Source of the DNA: a virus
Length of the DNA stretch: 64,000 nt
Direction: 5' to 3' (one strand)
IMG/VR virus record: IMGVR_UViG_3300008954_000003
Location: 32,001 to 96,000 of that record
A program made the position numbers and the translations under genes. Position 1 is the first letter of the stretch; every line of letters begins with the position of its first letter. A model generated the notes under the pieces. It was not told the DNA's origin, ran no database searches, and saw only the letters and a program-made list of their open reading frames with translations. This document shows, piece by piece, positions 47,706 through 57,068 of the stretch.

Positions 47706-49839
47706 ACTGTTTCCGATTTGTTTGATCTTATTCGCTTGTTCAAACACGGGAACAGAACAGCCGGTTGTTTATGGTAGTGCGGACGTTTTTAGTTTACCAG
47801 AAACGACGATCAAACCAAATAAAGACACAGCCGAAACGAAAAGTGATTTAACCTCTTTATCAGAGGACACAACAAAAACAACTATATATGAAGAAGACGT
47901 TGTGAAAGACAAGGATGTTTCTTTCAGAACAATAGACGTAAACTATCCAGAGCCAGATGTCCAGAAACCCAGTAAAGATATCGGAGGCATAGGACCGGGG
48001 CCAGGAACAGATATTGTTAAACCAGATTTAGGCCCAAAACCAGATCCCTGCATAGACAATGACAACGATGGTTACGGGGTCAATTGTCCAATGGGGGTTG
48101 ATTGTGATGACGGCAATCCTAATTTTGCTGCTGTGTGCCCAGATTGTACAACCGGGAGCCACCCTGGTTGCAGTTGTAAAGCTGTCGCCGTGAATTGCTA
48201 TTCCGGCCAACAGGGTTGGATTGGTAAAGGTGTTTGCCAAGCAGGAATTCAGCTTTGTAAAGGTGGGTTTTGGGGAGGGTGCAACGGAGAGACTTTACCA
48301 ACACCTGAAGTTTGCGATGGCAAAGATAATGATTGTGATGGGTTGATCGATGAAGGTGTTTTATCGACATGTGGAACGTGTGATCTGTCATGTGTCGAAC
48401 AAAAAATGGGACCAGATTATGGTTCACCCTTTGATCCTTCAAAAGATTCTTCAAACGGAGTCAATCTTGATAAAAATGGCCATGTTATCTTGGACAAGCA
48501 GAATTCGAGTATAGACCTCCATCATATTTGGATTGCCGGAACTGGCTCCAAAGTTATTTCGAAGCTCAACACAAAAACTGGCAAGGAAGAGGGTCGGTAT
48601 GCGAGCTGTGGTTCACCTTCAAGAACCTCTGTCGACCTCAATGGGGACGTTTGGGTCGGTTGTCGTTCTGGCGGACAGGTGATGAAGATTGTAAATAAGG
48701 TTGCGAAATGTCCTGACAAAAACGGCAATGGAAAAATTGAAACATCAAATGGTTCGAACGCACTCCCTTATGGTCAGGATGAATGTGTCCGTTTCATTGT
48801 TAAACCTGATGGCGGTGAAAACACAATTCGCGCTGCGGGTGTCGATAAAGACAATTATGTTTGGGTTGGTGGCTGGAATAAGAAAACACTGTGGAGACTT
48901 CACCCAGATACAGGAGCAGTTGTTAATTCAATTTCAATCGGTTGTAATCCATATGGCCTTGTGATTGATCAAAAGGGGGTTATTTGGGTTTCCGGTAGAG
49001 GGTGCGGACAACTTGTGAGGGCTGATCCGAAGACGAAACAAGTGAGCACCCATGGAAATAGCAAGGGTTCACCATATGGAATCAATGTTGATATGTTTGG
49101 GAACATTTGGATTGCGAATACGAACAGTTATTCTTCAAAATACAATCCCGTGACAAAACAATGGGTTTCTATCAACCATGGGCAGAGGTCGAGAGGTGTT
49201 GCGACAAGCAATGATGGCCATACTTATATTGCGTTAGATAGCACAAGCAGGATTGCTAAGATAAACGTCACAACAAACACTCTTATAGGGCATATATCTC
49301 TTGGTGGTTCACGGTATCCTGTTGGGATCGCTGTGGATTACGATGGTTATGTTTGGGCAGTAAACCAGAGTAAGAGCAGTGCGTCGAAATGTGATCCTAA
49401 AACAATGCAGGTTATCGGAGAATACCCTGTTGGCAAATCACCTTATACATATTCAGACATGACAGGTTATACCTTAAACAACTACACCGCCCCCAAAGGT
49501 CATTACACACATACGTTTGGGTATGGTGGTTGGGGAGGCACCGTTGCTGAGAGCAAAACAAAAACAGTGTGGACACTCATAGATGCGACACTCACAATCC
49601 CAGCGAAAGCTTATGTCAAGATAAGATATAGAACATCAGACACCTTTGTGGGACTTAAGTCTGCCAAATGGTCAAGTCAACTTGGGCCGTTTCCACCACA
49701 AAAGTTTCCCATTGACTTAAAAAATAAAAATGTTGTGGCAAGATATTTACAAGTAGAGGTGTTTATGCAGGCAGGTAAAGATAAACTATCACCAATTTTG
49801 AAATCTTTATCTGCCAAGGGAAAACTAACAACACAGTGA
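47698..49839 (+). CDS. Large lipoprotein with Cys-rich/MopE-type metal-binding repeats and a beta-propeller
   Basis: Lipobox LFAC (Cys14); DNDNDGYG..DCDD and EVCDGKDNDCDGLIDEG repeats; repeated PYG..VD..G.VWV blades; PYTYSDMTG closing motif. Confidence 0.8.
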   Translation: MNKLFPICLILFACSNTGTEQPVVYGSADVFSLPETTIKPNKDTAETKSDLTSLSEDTTKTTIYEEDVVKDKDVSFRTIDVNYPEPDVQKPSKDIGGIGPGPGTDIVKPDLGPKPDPCIDNDNDGYGVNCPMGVDCDDGNPNFAAVCPDCTTGSHPGCSCKAVAVNCYSGQQGWIGKGVCQAGIQLCKGGFWGGCNGETLPTPEVCDGKDNDCDGLIDEGVLSTCGTCDLSCVEQKMGPDYGSPFDPSKDSSNGVNLDKNGHVILDKQNSSIDLHHIWIAGTGSKVISKLNTKTGKEEGRYASCGSPSRTSVDLNGDVWVGCRSGGQVMKIVNKVAKCPDKNGNGKIETSNGSNALPYGQDECVRFIVKPDGGENTIRAAGVDKDNYVWVGGWNKKTLWRLHPDTGAVVNSISIGCNPYGLVIDQKGVIWVSGRGCGQLVRADPKTKQVSTHGNSKGSPYGINVDMFGNIWIANTNSYSSKYNPVTKQWVSINHGQRSRGVATSNDGHTYIALDSTSRIAKINVTTNTLIGHISLGGSRYPVGIAVDYDGYVWAVNQSKSSASKCDPKTMQVIGEYPVGKSPYTYSDMTGYTLNNYTAPKGHYTHTFGYGGWGGTVAESKTKTVWTLIDATLTIPAKAYVKIRYRTSDTFVGLKSAKWSSQLGPFPPQKFPIDLKNKNVVARYLQVEVFMQAGKDKLSPILKSLSAKGKLTTQ

Positions 49840-50138
49840 AAAAGTTTATAGCAATTGTTGGCGCGCTTCTTTTCTTAAGTTTGCCGGTGTTTGCTCAAAA
49901 CAAACCAAGTGTTGTTGCTGACCAAAGAATACATTACGAAAAAATAGCCAAATTGGAACAGAGGGTTGTTTATCTTGAAAGAAAAGAGAGTAATGAAATA
50001 TGGTGGTTTGCTGGAGGTGTTGCTTTGGGGGCGGCAATGTCGATAGGGTTGTTTTATCTTGCGTCTTCAATCATTGGGGATATTTTTGATCAACCACTTA
50101 TCCCTGATGATATGGATATGAACATCAAAACAAAATGA
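49836..50138 (+). CDS. Small exported/membrane protein
   Basis: Signal peptide (MKKFIA...VFA), short coiled coil, C-terminal TM helix. Confidence 0.6.
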   Translation: MKKFIAIVGALLFLSLPVFAQNKPSVVADQRIHYEKIAKLEQRVVYLERKESNEIWWFAGGVALGAAMSIGLFYLASSIIGDIFDQPLIPDDMDMNIKTK

Positions 50139-50491
50139 AAAGAACAGACGAATTCATTGTCGGGCTTGAACGTGCCATTAAAGAGAAGTATGGTGAGGAG
50201 ACAACTCACGATCCTTCAATTCATTGGAATGAGGAAAAAGAAAAAGAATATCTCAAACAACTTAAGGACGTTGTTCATGAAGATGAAAAAGACGGAGTGA
50301 TTGAAGTGTCCGGTGTTTTGGTTTCTAAAAAACTATTTAATAGGAGCACTATCAAAACTTGTAAACTTTGCAACAAGTTTTGTATGGAAGCAAAAAACGA
50401 TTTGTATTTGACAAAATATGATTGTTGCGAGGAATGCTTCATAATTCACATAGAAGGAAGAGAAGACAAATGGCGTCAACGTATGAAATAA
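50135..50491 (+). CDS. Hypothetical Zn-binding protein
   Basis: CKLC...CCEEC cysteine pattern; upstream of the packaging genes. Confidence 0.6.
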   Translation: MKRTDEFIVGLERAIKEKYGEETTHDPSIHWNEEKEKEYLKQLKDVVHEDEKDGVIEVSGVLVSKKLFNRSTIKTCKLCNKFCMEAKNDLYLTKYDCCEECFIIHIEGREDKWRQRMK

Positions 50492-51012
50492 TTCAAGGTA
50501 TTCATCAAGCGGCAGCAAATGCTTATGATGGGGCAACAGAAGAAGATGGAAAGCCAAAGCTGAAGCTGAAGCGTTCCGAAGGTAACATAATGACCGACAA
50601 AAGAGTCATGGATGGTTTTGGTGCCAATGTTGTCAATGGCAAACTTCTACTTACATACCATACAGAGTGTCGTGTTGAAGATATTCACGGTGTTGGTATG
50701 GACAAATATCTTCACGAATTGAAAATGATGTTGAAAGAACTCGTTTCTTATTTGAAAAAAGAATATAAGAAAGTTACCAAACAAACGCTAACCCTCACGA
50801 AAGAAGGGGAAGAGGAAGTTCTTATTGAGCCAATTTCAAAAATTCGCACTTCTGTTAGGGCAACGTGTGTTTACAAGATTGGTGGCCTTAAGGAAGAGAA
50901 GGAAGACCACAGAGACGCAGAAGATTATATGAAGAATTTTTACGCAACCTTAAAAAAGGAATCTCTTGACAAGAAGATCAAGTATCGCTCTCATGTCAGA
51001 CGAGATGTGTAA
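50470..51012 (+). CDS. Hypothetical phage protein
   Basis: Likely start ATG 50470 (MASTYEIIQG...AYDGA); directly upstream of terL. Confidence 0.6.
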   Translation: MASTYEIIQGIHQAAANAYDGATEEDGKPKLKLKRSEGNIMTDKRVMDGFGANVVNGKLLLTYHTECRVEDIHGVGMDKYLHELKMMLKELVSYLKKEYKKVTKQTLTLTKEGEEEVLIEPISKIRTSVRATCVYKIGGLKEEKEDHRDAEDYMKNFYATLKKESLDKKIKYRSHVRRDV

Positions 51013-51020
51013 TAAACCGA

Positions 51021-52607
51021 ATGGGCTACAGGCTTACTAAAAAAGAACAGAGACTTGAAAGATTTAAGTGTGGCAGGGACCCGGCTTATTTCCTGAACAA
51101 TTATGGCAGGATTGTTCACCCAACAAGAGGTCCAATTCCGTTTGATCTTTATCCATTCCAAGAAGAGGTTTTGAAAGACTTTGTTGACCATAGATTTAAT
51201 ATTGTTCTGAAGTCAAGACAGCTCGGATTATCAACAGCAACGGCTGGTTATGTTTTGTGGTTAATTCTGTTTCATGAGGCAAAGAATGTTATCACCGTGG
51301 CAACCAAACAAAGAACAGCGGCGAACCTTGTAAAGAAAGTTAAATATATGTACAAACACTTACCTTCATGGCTTAGAGCGATTGCAGCAGCCGACACAAA
51401 CAACTCTTCAATGTTGTTCCTTGACAACGAGTCGGGAATTGAAGCCCTTTCAACCAGTATGGATGCAGGACGTTCAGATGCTCTTTCATTGCTTGTTGTT
51501 GACGAAGCCGCAATCGTTGAGAAGTTTGCTGAGAAGTGGGGTTCTTTGTATCCAACACTTGCTGAAGGTGGCGCGTGCATTGCGCTTTCGACTCCGAAAG
51601 GTGTTGGCAACTGGTTTCATGAGACTTGCATGGGAGCCCTTGAAAAAACCAACGAATTCAACATCGTCGAGCTTCCATGGTATGTTCATCCAAACCGAGA
51701 CAAGAAATGGTTTGATAAAGAGACAAAGAACCTTTCGAGAGCCTTTATCGCACAGGAATATGAATGCAACTTCAACTTGTCAGGCGACACATTTATTGAC
51801 CCCGAAGATATTCAACGAGTTAAGAAAGCGACGATCGATCCAATGTACAGGTCAGGAGTGGATAGAAATTATTGGATTTGGAAATCGTATGATCCAAGCA
51901 GAAACTACTTCCTTATTTCAGATGTAGCGCGGGGCGATGGTGCAGACTATTCAACGTTCCATATATTTGATGTCGAATCCATGGAACAAGTTGCAGAGTA
52001 TAGAGGGCAGGTGGGCACAGACTTATTTGCACACGTTGTTTTTAATGCTGGGAAAGAGTATGGTTTTTGTATGGTTGCAATGGAAAACAACACGATTGGT
52101 TGGGCAGTGCTGCAAGACCTTCAAAGAATGGAATATCCCAACCTATACTTCTCAAAGAAGACTGGAAACGATTATGTTGAGCCTCACGCAGCAGAAGGAA
52201 ACTCAAGTGTTGTCCCTGGTTTCCGCATGGGTCATACATTGAGAACCTTGTCTCTTGCGAAGCTTGAAGAATATGTCAGGAACAAGCAAGTTACAATCAA
52301 TTCAATAAGGTTGGCAAACGAAATGGACACGTTCATTTGGAACAACGGCAAACCAGAAGCGTTGAAGGGCAAGAACGACGATCTTATGATACCCGCCGCT
52401 ATGGCTTGCTGGATCAAAGACACCATCCTTATTGAGAGCCGAAAAACAATGCAGTACAAGAAAGCTATTCTTGATTCAATTTCCTTAACATCGAGGACGT
52501 TTGATACAAGAATCCAAGGGATGCACGGATATAATCCGAAACGAGAACGAGCTTATCAAAAAGCAAAACAAGATTACATAGGCCACGATTGGGTCATAAT
52601 GGGTTAA
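51021..52607 (+). CDS. terL: Terminase large subunit (T4 gp17-like)
   Basis: LYPFQ, KSRQLGLST (Walker A region), LLVVDEAA (Walker B), LSTPKG, QEYEC, DVARGDGADYS, ENN, DDL nuclease motifs. Confidence 0.95.
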   Translation: MGYRLTKKEQRLERFKCGRDPAYFLNNYGRIVHPTRGPIPFDLYPFQEEVLKDFVDHRFNIVLKSRQLGLSTATAGYVLWLILFHEAKNVITVATKQRTAANLVKKVKYMYKHLPSWLRAIAAADTNNSSMLFLDNESGIEALSTSMDAGRSDALSLLVVDEAAIVEKFAEKWGSLYPTLAEGGACIALSTPKGVGNWFHETCMGALEKTNEFNIVELPWYVHPNRDKKWFDKETKNLSRAFIAQEYECNFNLSGDTFIDPEDIQRVKKATIDPMYRSGVDRNYWIWKSYDPSRNYFLISDVARGDGADYSTFHIFDVESMEQVAEYRGQVGTDLFAHVVFNAGKEYGFCMVAMENNTIGWAVLQDLQRMEYPNLYFSKKTGNDYVEPHAAEGNSSVVPGFRMGHTLRTLSLAKLEEYVRNKQVTINSIRLANEMDTFIWNNGKPEALKGKNDDLMIPAAMACWIKDTILIESRKTMQYKKAILDSISLTSRTFDTRIQGMHGYNPKRERAYQKAKQDYIGHDWVIMG

Positions 52608-52610
52608 CAA

Positions 52611-54614
52611 ATGGTAGACAAGAAAAAGAATCCAAAGAATGAATTATCCCCGTTGTTTAAACGGCTGACAAGACTATTTTCAGGTCCGATTGTCAATTAT
52701 GATGCACAGACTCCGAGAAAGCTAAAAAAGCGTCAACTTGACAAATACGCCAATAGATTTAGATCATTGGCAGGTTTGGATTTTAAGAGGTCTGCTTATA
52801 ATCCGTTTGAGAACTTGCAATCAACGGTGATGAATCAACACAACCGTGGCGAACGCTACGGTGATTTTGATCAAATGGAATATTATCCAATCCTTGCGTC
52901 TGCCATCGATATTTATGCAGACGAGATGACAACCCATAGTATTTACGCCCCAATTCTCAATGTTGAATGCCCCAACGAAGAGATTTCAGGCATATTAAAC
53001 ACGCTCTTTTACAACGTGTTGAATATTGAACACAACTTATACGGATGGTGCAGATCGCTATGTAAATATGGCGATTTTTTTCTTTATCTGGATCTCAATG
53101 AAGATATTGGTGTGAAGTCTGTTATCAGCTTGCCGACTCAAGAAGTTGAACGCCTTGAGGGAGAAGATAAAGAGAACCCCAACTATATCCAATTCCAGTG
53201 GAATGCCGGTGGCCTAACCTTTGAGAACTGGCAGTTGGCTCATTTCCGAATTCTTGGAAATGACAAGTACGCTCCGTATGGAACAAGTGTTCTTGAACCA
53301 GCGAGACGTATTTGGCGACAATTGACAATGATGGAAGACGCAATGATGTCATATCGTATCATCAGATCGCCAGAGCGGTTGATTTACAAAATTGATGTTG
53401 GAGGCATTGCGCCTGAAGATGTTCCACAGTTTATTGAAAAAGTTATAACATCAACAAGAAGGCACTCGGTTGTTGATCCTGATACAGGGCGCGTCGATCT
53501 TCGTTATAACCCATTGAGTGTTGAAGAAAACATCTTTTTGCCAGTTCGTGGTGAAAACTCAGCAACAGAAATTACCGCTCTTCCGGGTGGACAAAACACA
53601 ACACAGATTGATGACATTCAATATTTAAAAAATAATTTGTTTGCAGCCATTAAGATTCCTGAAGCATATCTTTCGATGGGCAAGGACGCAGGAAATGAGG
53701 ACAAGACAACATTATCTCAAAAGGACATTCGTTTTTCAAGAACCATTCAGAGGCTTCAAAGATCTGTCATTGCAGAGCTTGAAAAGATTGCAATCGTTCA
53801 CCTTTTCACTTTGGGTTATCGCGGTGAAGACATTATGTCCTTCAAACTGAAACTTAACAACCCATCGAAATTGGCCCAGATACAAGAGCTTGAACATTGG
53901 AGAACAAAGTTTGAGGTTGCGGGACAAGCGACAAATTCAGGCTTTAGCCGTCCATGGGTTTCAAGAAACGTGTTCAATCTCACAGATGATGAATTCGTTC
54001 GTAATCAGTATGAGCGGTTCTACGATCAGAAGATTGACCTTCAACTTGAAGCAATGGCACAAGAACCAGGGTTTGCTGCTGGTGGTGAAGGAGGGGCACC
54101 CGGTGGTGGTGCGCCCCCAATGGATCTCGCTGCGCCCGAAGGAGAGGGCGCACTTGATGCTGATATGGGCATGGAAGAGCCTGTCGCTCCGTCAGGACCA
54201 GAGGAAAAGACCCCGTTATTGGCCGCACCAGGAGAAGCCCCAATGGGGCCACCGGCTGGAGCACCAGCGAAGAAGGACACCCAAAAAGGTTCAGCGTTCA
54301 AGGGGCCAGTTCCTATGTTTACGCAGTTTAGTGATGGTTCGTATACAACACGTTCCGCCAAGGGCAAGAGGTATAAACCCGTTGCCACAGACAAGAGGCG
54401 TGGCATGGGGCCGCGAAGAAAGAACGCTGCGGCATTAACAGGAAAGAAGCAAGGCTCAAGCCACCCAGGAAAAAGAGAATTAGATAGGATAGGACTTGGC
54501 CTTTATGAGTCAAAGGAAAAGATTTTTGAGAAATTGGAAAGAGACATCCATGAGTATCAAAAAGAGGTCGATGAGGTTTTGGAAACAGTGGAGTCAGATA
54601 AAGATGAAATTTAA
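52611..54614 (+). CDS. Portal protein (T4 gp20-like) with low-complexity C-terminal extension
   Basis: AIDIYADE, KYGDFF, PYGTSVLE, MEDAMMSYRIIRSPER..KIDVG, LPGG, IDDIQY, DIRFSR. Confidence 0.93.
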   Translation: MVDKKKNPKNELSPLFKRLTRLFSGPIVNYDAQTPRKLKKRQLDKYANRFRSLAGLDFKRSAYNPFENLQSTVMNQHNRGERYGDFDQMEYYPILASAIDIYADEMTTHSIYAPILNVECPNEEISGILNTLFYNVLNIEHNLYGWCRSLCKYGDFFLYLDLNEDIGVKSVISLPTQEVERLEGEDKENPNYIQFQWNAGGLTFENWQLAHFRILGNDKYAPYGTSVLEPARRIWRQLTMMEDAMMSYRIIRSPERLIYKIDVGGIAPEDVPQFIEKVITSTRRHSVVDPDTGRVDLRYNPLSVEENIFLPVRGENSATEITALPGGQNTTQIDDIQYLKNNLFAAIKIPEAYLSMGKDAGNEDKTTLSQKDIRFSRTIQRLQRSVIAELEKIAIVHLFTLGYRGEDIMSFKLKLNNPSKLAQIQELEHWRTKFEVAGQATNSGFSRPWVSRNVFNLTDDEFVRNQYERFYDQKIDLQLEAMAQEPGFAAGGEGGAPGGGAPPMDLAAPEGEGALDADMGMEEPVAPSGPEEKTPLLAAPGEAPMGPPAGAPAKKDTQKGSAFKGPVPMFTQFSDGSYTTRSAKGKRYKPVATDKRRGMGPRRKNAAALTGKKQGSSHPGKRELDRIGLGLYESKEKIFEKLERDIHEYQKEVDEVLETVESDKDEI

Positions 54615-55419
54615 ACACAATAAAAAGAGAAACACTGCTTTTTTGTATGAAGCGTTAATCAGAGAGCTTGTGAAGGCAACAATTGATGGGGACGAACACA
54701 AGAAAGAGATCTCAATGTCTCTTGTCAAAGAGTTTTTCAACAAGGATGCCATTCTCGGAAAAGAACTTGCCTTATATAAAACCATTTTGGAAGCAAAAGA
54801 AGTTAATCCCCTGGATGCAGAAAAAATTCTTTATGAAGTTCGAAGAGTGTATTCGACATTCGGAGATAACGAAGTTTATAAGACACAGAGTCGGCTCATC
54901 GCCAAGGTTAATAGAGTTTTGTCCCCAAATGTGTTTTCAAATTATGTCCCAAACTACAAAGAGCTTGCAACGATATATCAGATTTTCAACGATAAGGGCT
55001 CAATTAAGGGGCGAATAATCCTTGAAAAGAAAATCCTTGAAAACATGGTGATTAAAACAAAGAAGAGGCAAGAGACGGTTCTTGTTGACAATATGGTGCT
55101 TGCTTCCTTTGTGAGAAACTTTAATAAGAAATACGATTCGTTTTTGCCAGAACAAAAGAGACTGATAAACCTGTTTGTTAGTTCCGGCACAAAAGATGTC
55201 GAGTTCAAAGTGTTTTTGAATGAAGAGTTTAACAGGATTAAAGAGTCTATTGAATCATCTTATGACATAAAAGAATTACAAGAAGATGAAGGAATGCTGG
55301 AAGGAGCAAAAAAAGTAGTCCAGTGCTTGAAGGAGTATCAAGAAAAACAAGAGTATCAAAAGAAAGATTTTGTATTGATACTCAAAATGCAACAACTCGT
55401 TAAGGAATTACAAAGTTAA
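54604..55419 (+). CDS. Hypothetical head-module protein
   Basis: Start MKFKHNKKRNTAFLYEAL at ATG 54604 after a GGAG SD; follows the portal. Confidence 0.65.
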   Translation: MKFKHNKKRNTAFLYEALIRELVKATIDGDEHKKEISMSLVKEFFNKDAILGKELALYKTILEAKEVNPLDAEKILYEVRRVYSTFGDNEVYKTQSRLIAKVNRVLSPNVFSNYVPNYKELATIYQIFNDKGSIKGRIILEKKILENMVIKTKKRQETVLVDNMVLASFVRNFNKKYDSFLPEQKRLINLFVSSGTKDVEFKVFLNEEFNRIKESIESSYDIKELQEDEGMLEGAKKVVQCLKEYQEKQEYQKKDFVLILKMQQLVKELQS

Positions 55420-56024
55420 TGACTATTGAAGTACAAATTGGCAAAGAAGCGGTTGAAGCCGCAGGTTTCGACTTTCCAGAGGATGATGTTCTTCCGGGGG
55501 AAGAAAAGGGTGAGCCTGATATCGTTGTTACGATCATGGGAGAATTTCTCAAGGTCAAACTCAATGCGAGAAAGACTCTCGATGGCAATATTATAATATA
55601 TGATCACCCACAGATTGATATAACGCTTATCCCGTTTAAGAATAAGATTTTGACATTGCCAAAGACCAATAAGAGTACCGCAGTTTATGCAGCACAAAAA
55701 AGATACTTTGACTTCTTAGCTCAGAAGGGAGCCATTGTTGTTGACAGCATAAGAAGTGGTGGTGTATATGGCTCATTGGAAGCCTTTTACCCTGTTAACG
55801 AAGAAGTTGATGCGTTGCAGGTCGTTCTTCTTGTCACAAAAAGATTCGTTGAGAACGATAAAGAGAAGTACATGACATACGATGAGTATCTCGATGAAGT
55901 CGAAGAGATGTACATTGAGCCCGGTGCCGAAGATTCGACAGAATACGGTGAAGTTCCACAGGGTGAAAAGAAGGGAACAATTGATCCTCTTTATAAACCA
56001 TACGGAATTCTTTATAGGATTTAA
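55419..56024 (+). CDS. Hypothetical protein
   Basis: 201-aa ORF; ARKTLDGN, GGVYGSLEA, STEYGEVP. Confidence 0.65.
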   Translation: MTIEVQIGKEAVEAAGFDFPEDDVLPGEEKGEPDIVVTIMGEFLKVKLNARKTLDGNIIIYDHPQIDITLIPFKNKILTLPKTNKSTAVYAAQKRYFDFLAQKGAIVVDSIRSGGVYGSLEAFYPVNEEVDALQVVLLVTKRFVENDKEKYMTYDEYLDEVEEMYIEPGAEDSTEYGEVPQGEKKGTIDPLYKPYGILYRI

Positions 56025-56026
56025 TC

Positions 56027-56482
56027 ATGAGTTATTTAAAGAAGTGGCAGCAATTTATCACAGAACAGGAGGATAACACTCCTTCAACAGCAGATCCGGC
56101 TACCCACGATGATGGTAAAACCGGAAGTATGGATTCGCCGGAAGCAAACCCTTTGGCGTACATTAAGGGTCAGATTGTTGTACTTCATAATTTATTGATG
56201 AATGATGATATCGATGGTTATTTTGATACGGTTAACGATGAGAAATTGTTTCGAGCCCTTGAGGACCTTGACTTGGCTTTGACAGGCAAGCACGATAATA
56301 AAGTTTTAAAACACGAGCAAGCGTACAAAGAACTTGCAGAAGGCCCACTACACATCTTTTATCTTTCAGATGGTGGATATAGCCGAGTGGTTCTAAATCC
56401 TACAAATGGCAAGGTCCACCTAACACATAACAGCACCGATATGGTAAAACAAAAATACAAAGAACTTGAAGAAGAGCTGTGA
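56027..56482 (+). CDS. Hypothetical protein, possible internal head protein
   Basis: N-terminal KKWQQFITE ends in an I-x-E protease-type site. Confidence 0.55.
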   Translation: MSYLKKWQQFITEQEDNTPSTADPATHDDGKTGSMDSPEANPLAYIKGQIVVLHNLLMNDDIDGYFDTVNDEKLFRALEDLDLALTGKHDNKVLKHEQAYKELAEGPLHIFYLSDGGYSRVVLNPTNGKVHLTHNSTDMVKQKYKELEEEL

Positions 56483-56787
56483 TGACACTCCTATATTTTA
56501 TTTTAATGTGTTATGGATTGACACTGATTTTATGCTACGGGAAAATTTTTGATAAGATTCGTCCAAAGCATCGATTCTTTAAGTGTCCAATGTGTGTGGG
56601 ATTTTGGGCGGGCCTGATTGTTTACGGTTTTTCTTTCTTTTCAAGACTAATTACTTTTGAGCTAGATTGGGGGACTCCAATACTGTTGGGGCTTCTGAGT
56701 TCGGGGACATCATATATCCTTTGTTCGTTGTTTGACGACAATGGATTGAAACTGGAGGTTGAAAATGAATACAGTTGCGACGATTAG
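56479..56787 (+). CDS. DUF1360-like small membrane protein with CxxC
   Basis: Three hydrophobic helices and CPMCVGFW. Confidence 0.6.
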   Translation: MMTLLYFILMCYGLTLILCYGKIFDKIRPKHRFFKCPMCVGFWAGLIVYGFSFFSRLITFELDWGTPILLGLLSSGTSYILCSLFDDNGLKLEVENEYSCDD

Positions 56788-56860
56788 ATGGTTCCTTCAG
56801 CCACCAAGGTTGTGTAGGAAAGGTTGTATAGGCGCGCGGGTAACGCCCGCAGGAGATTAA
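56765..56860 (+). CDS. Small ORF missed by the ORF track (31 aa: MNTVATIRWFLQPPRLCRKGCIGARVTPAGD)
   Basis: GGAGG SD at 56754-56758, ATG at 56765, TAA at 56858-56860; fills the gap between neighbours exactly. Confidence 0.6.
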   Translation: MNTVATIRWFLQPPRLCRKGCIGARVTPAGD

Positions 56861-56861
56861 A

Positions 56862-57068
56862 ATGGCAGACAAGGTTACAATTTCGGTGAAAAGGCTACGA
56901 GAGATCATTCGTGAACAACTCGGTTCTTCTTTTCAGCCCAATAATGAAATGCAAGGAGTTGTTGGAAAAATGGATCCAGCAGCAAAAGATGAGCTTCTTA
57001 TGAAGATGTTGGCTGGAAAGACGCCTGAAGAGGTTTTGTCATTGATGGGTGGAATGCAAAATGGATAA
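56862..57068 (+). CDS. Small hypothetical head-module protein
   Basis: AGGAG SD; ISVKRLREIIREQL amphipathic motif. Confidence 0.6.
   Translation: MADKVTISVKRLREIIREQLGSSFQPNNEMQGVVGKMDPAAKDELLMKMLAGKTPEEVLSLMGGMQNG

Noticed and set aside
51021-54614. Inteins or introns in terminase, portal or primase
   Set aside because: Lengths are normal and no splice-junction or LAGLIDADG/HNH motifs were seen; the portal's extra length is a Gly/Pro/Ala-rich tail.
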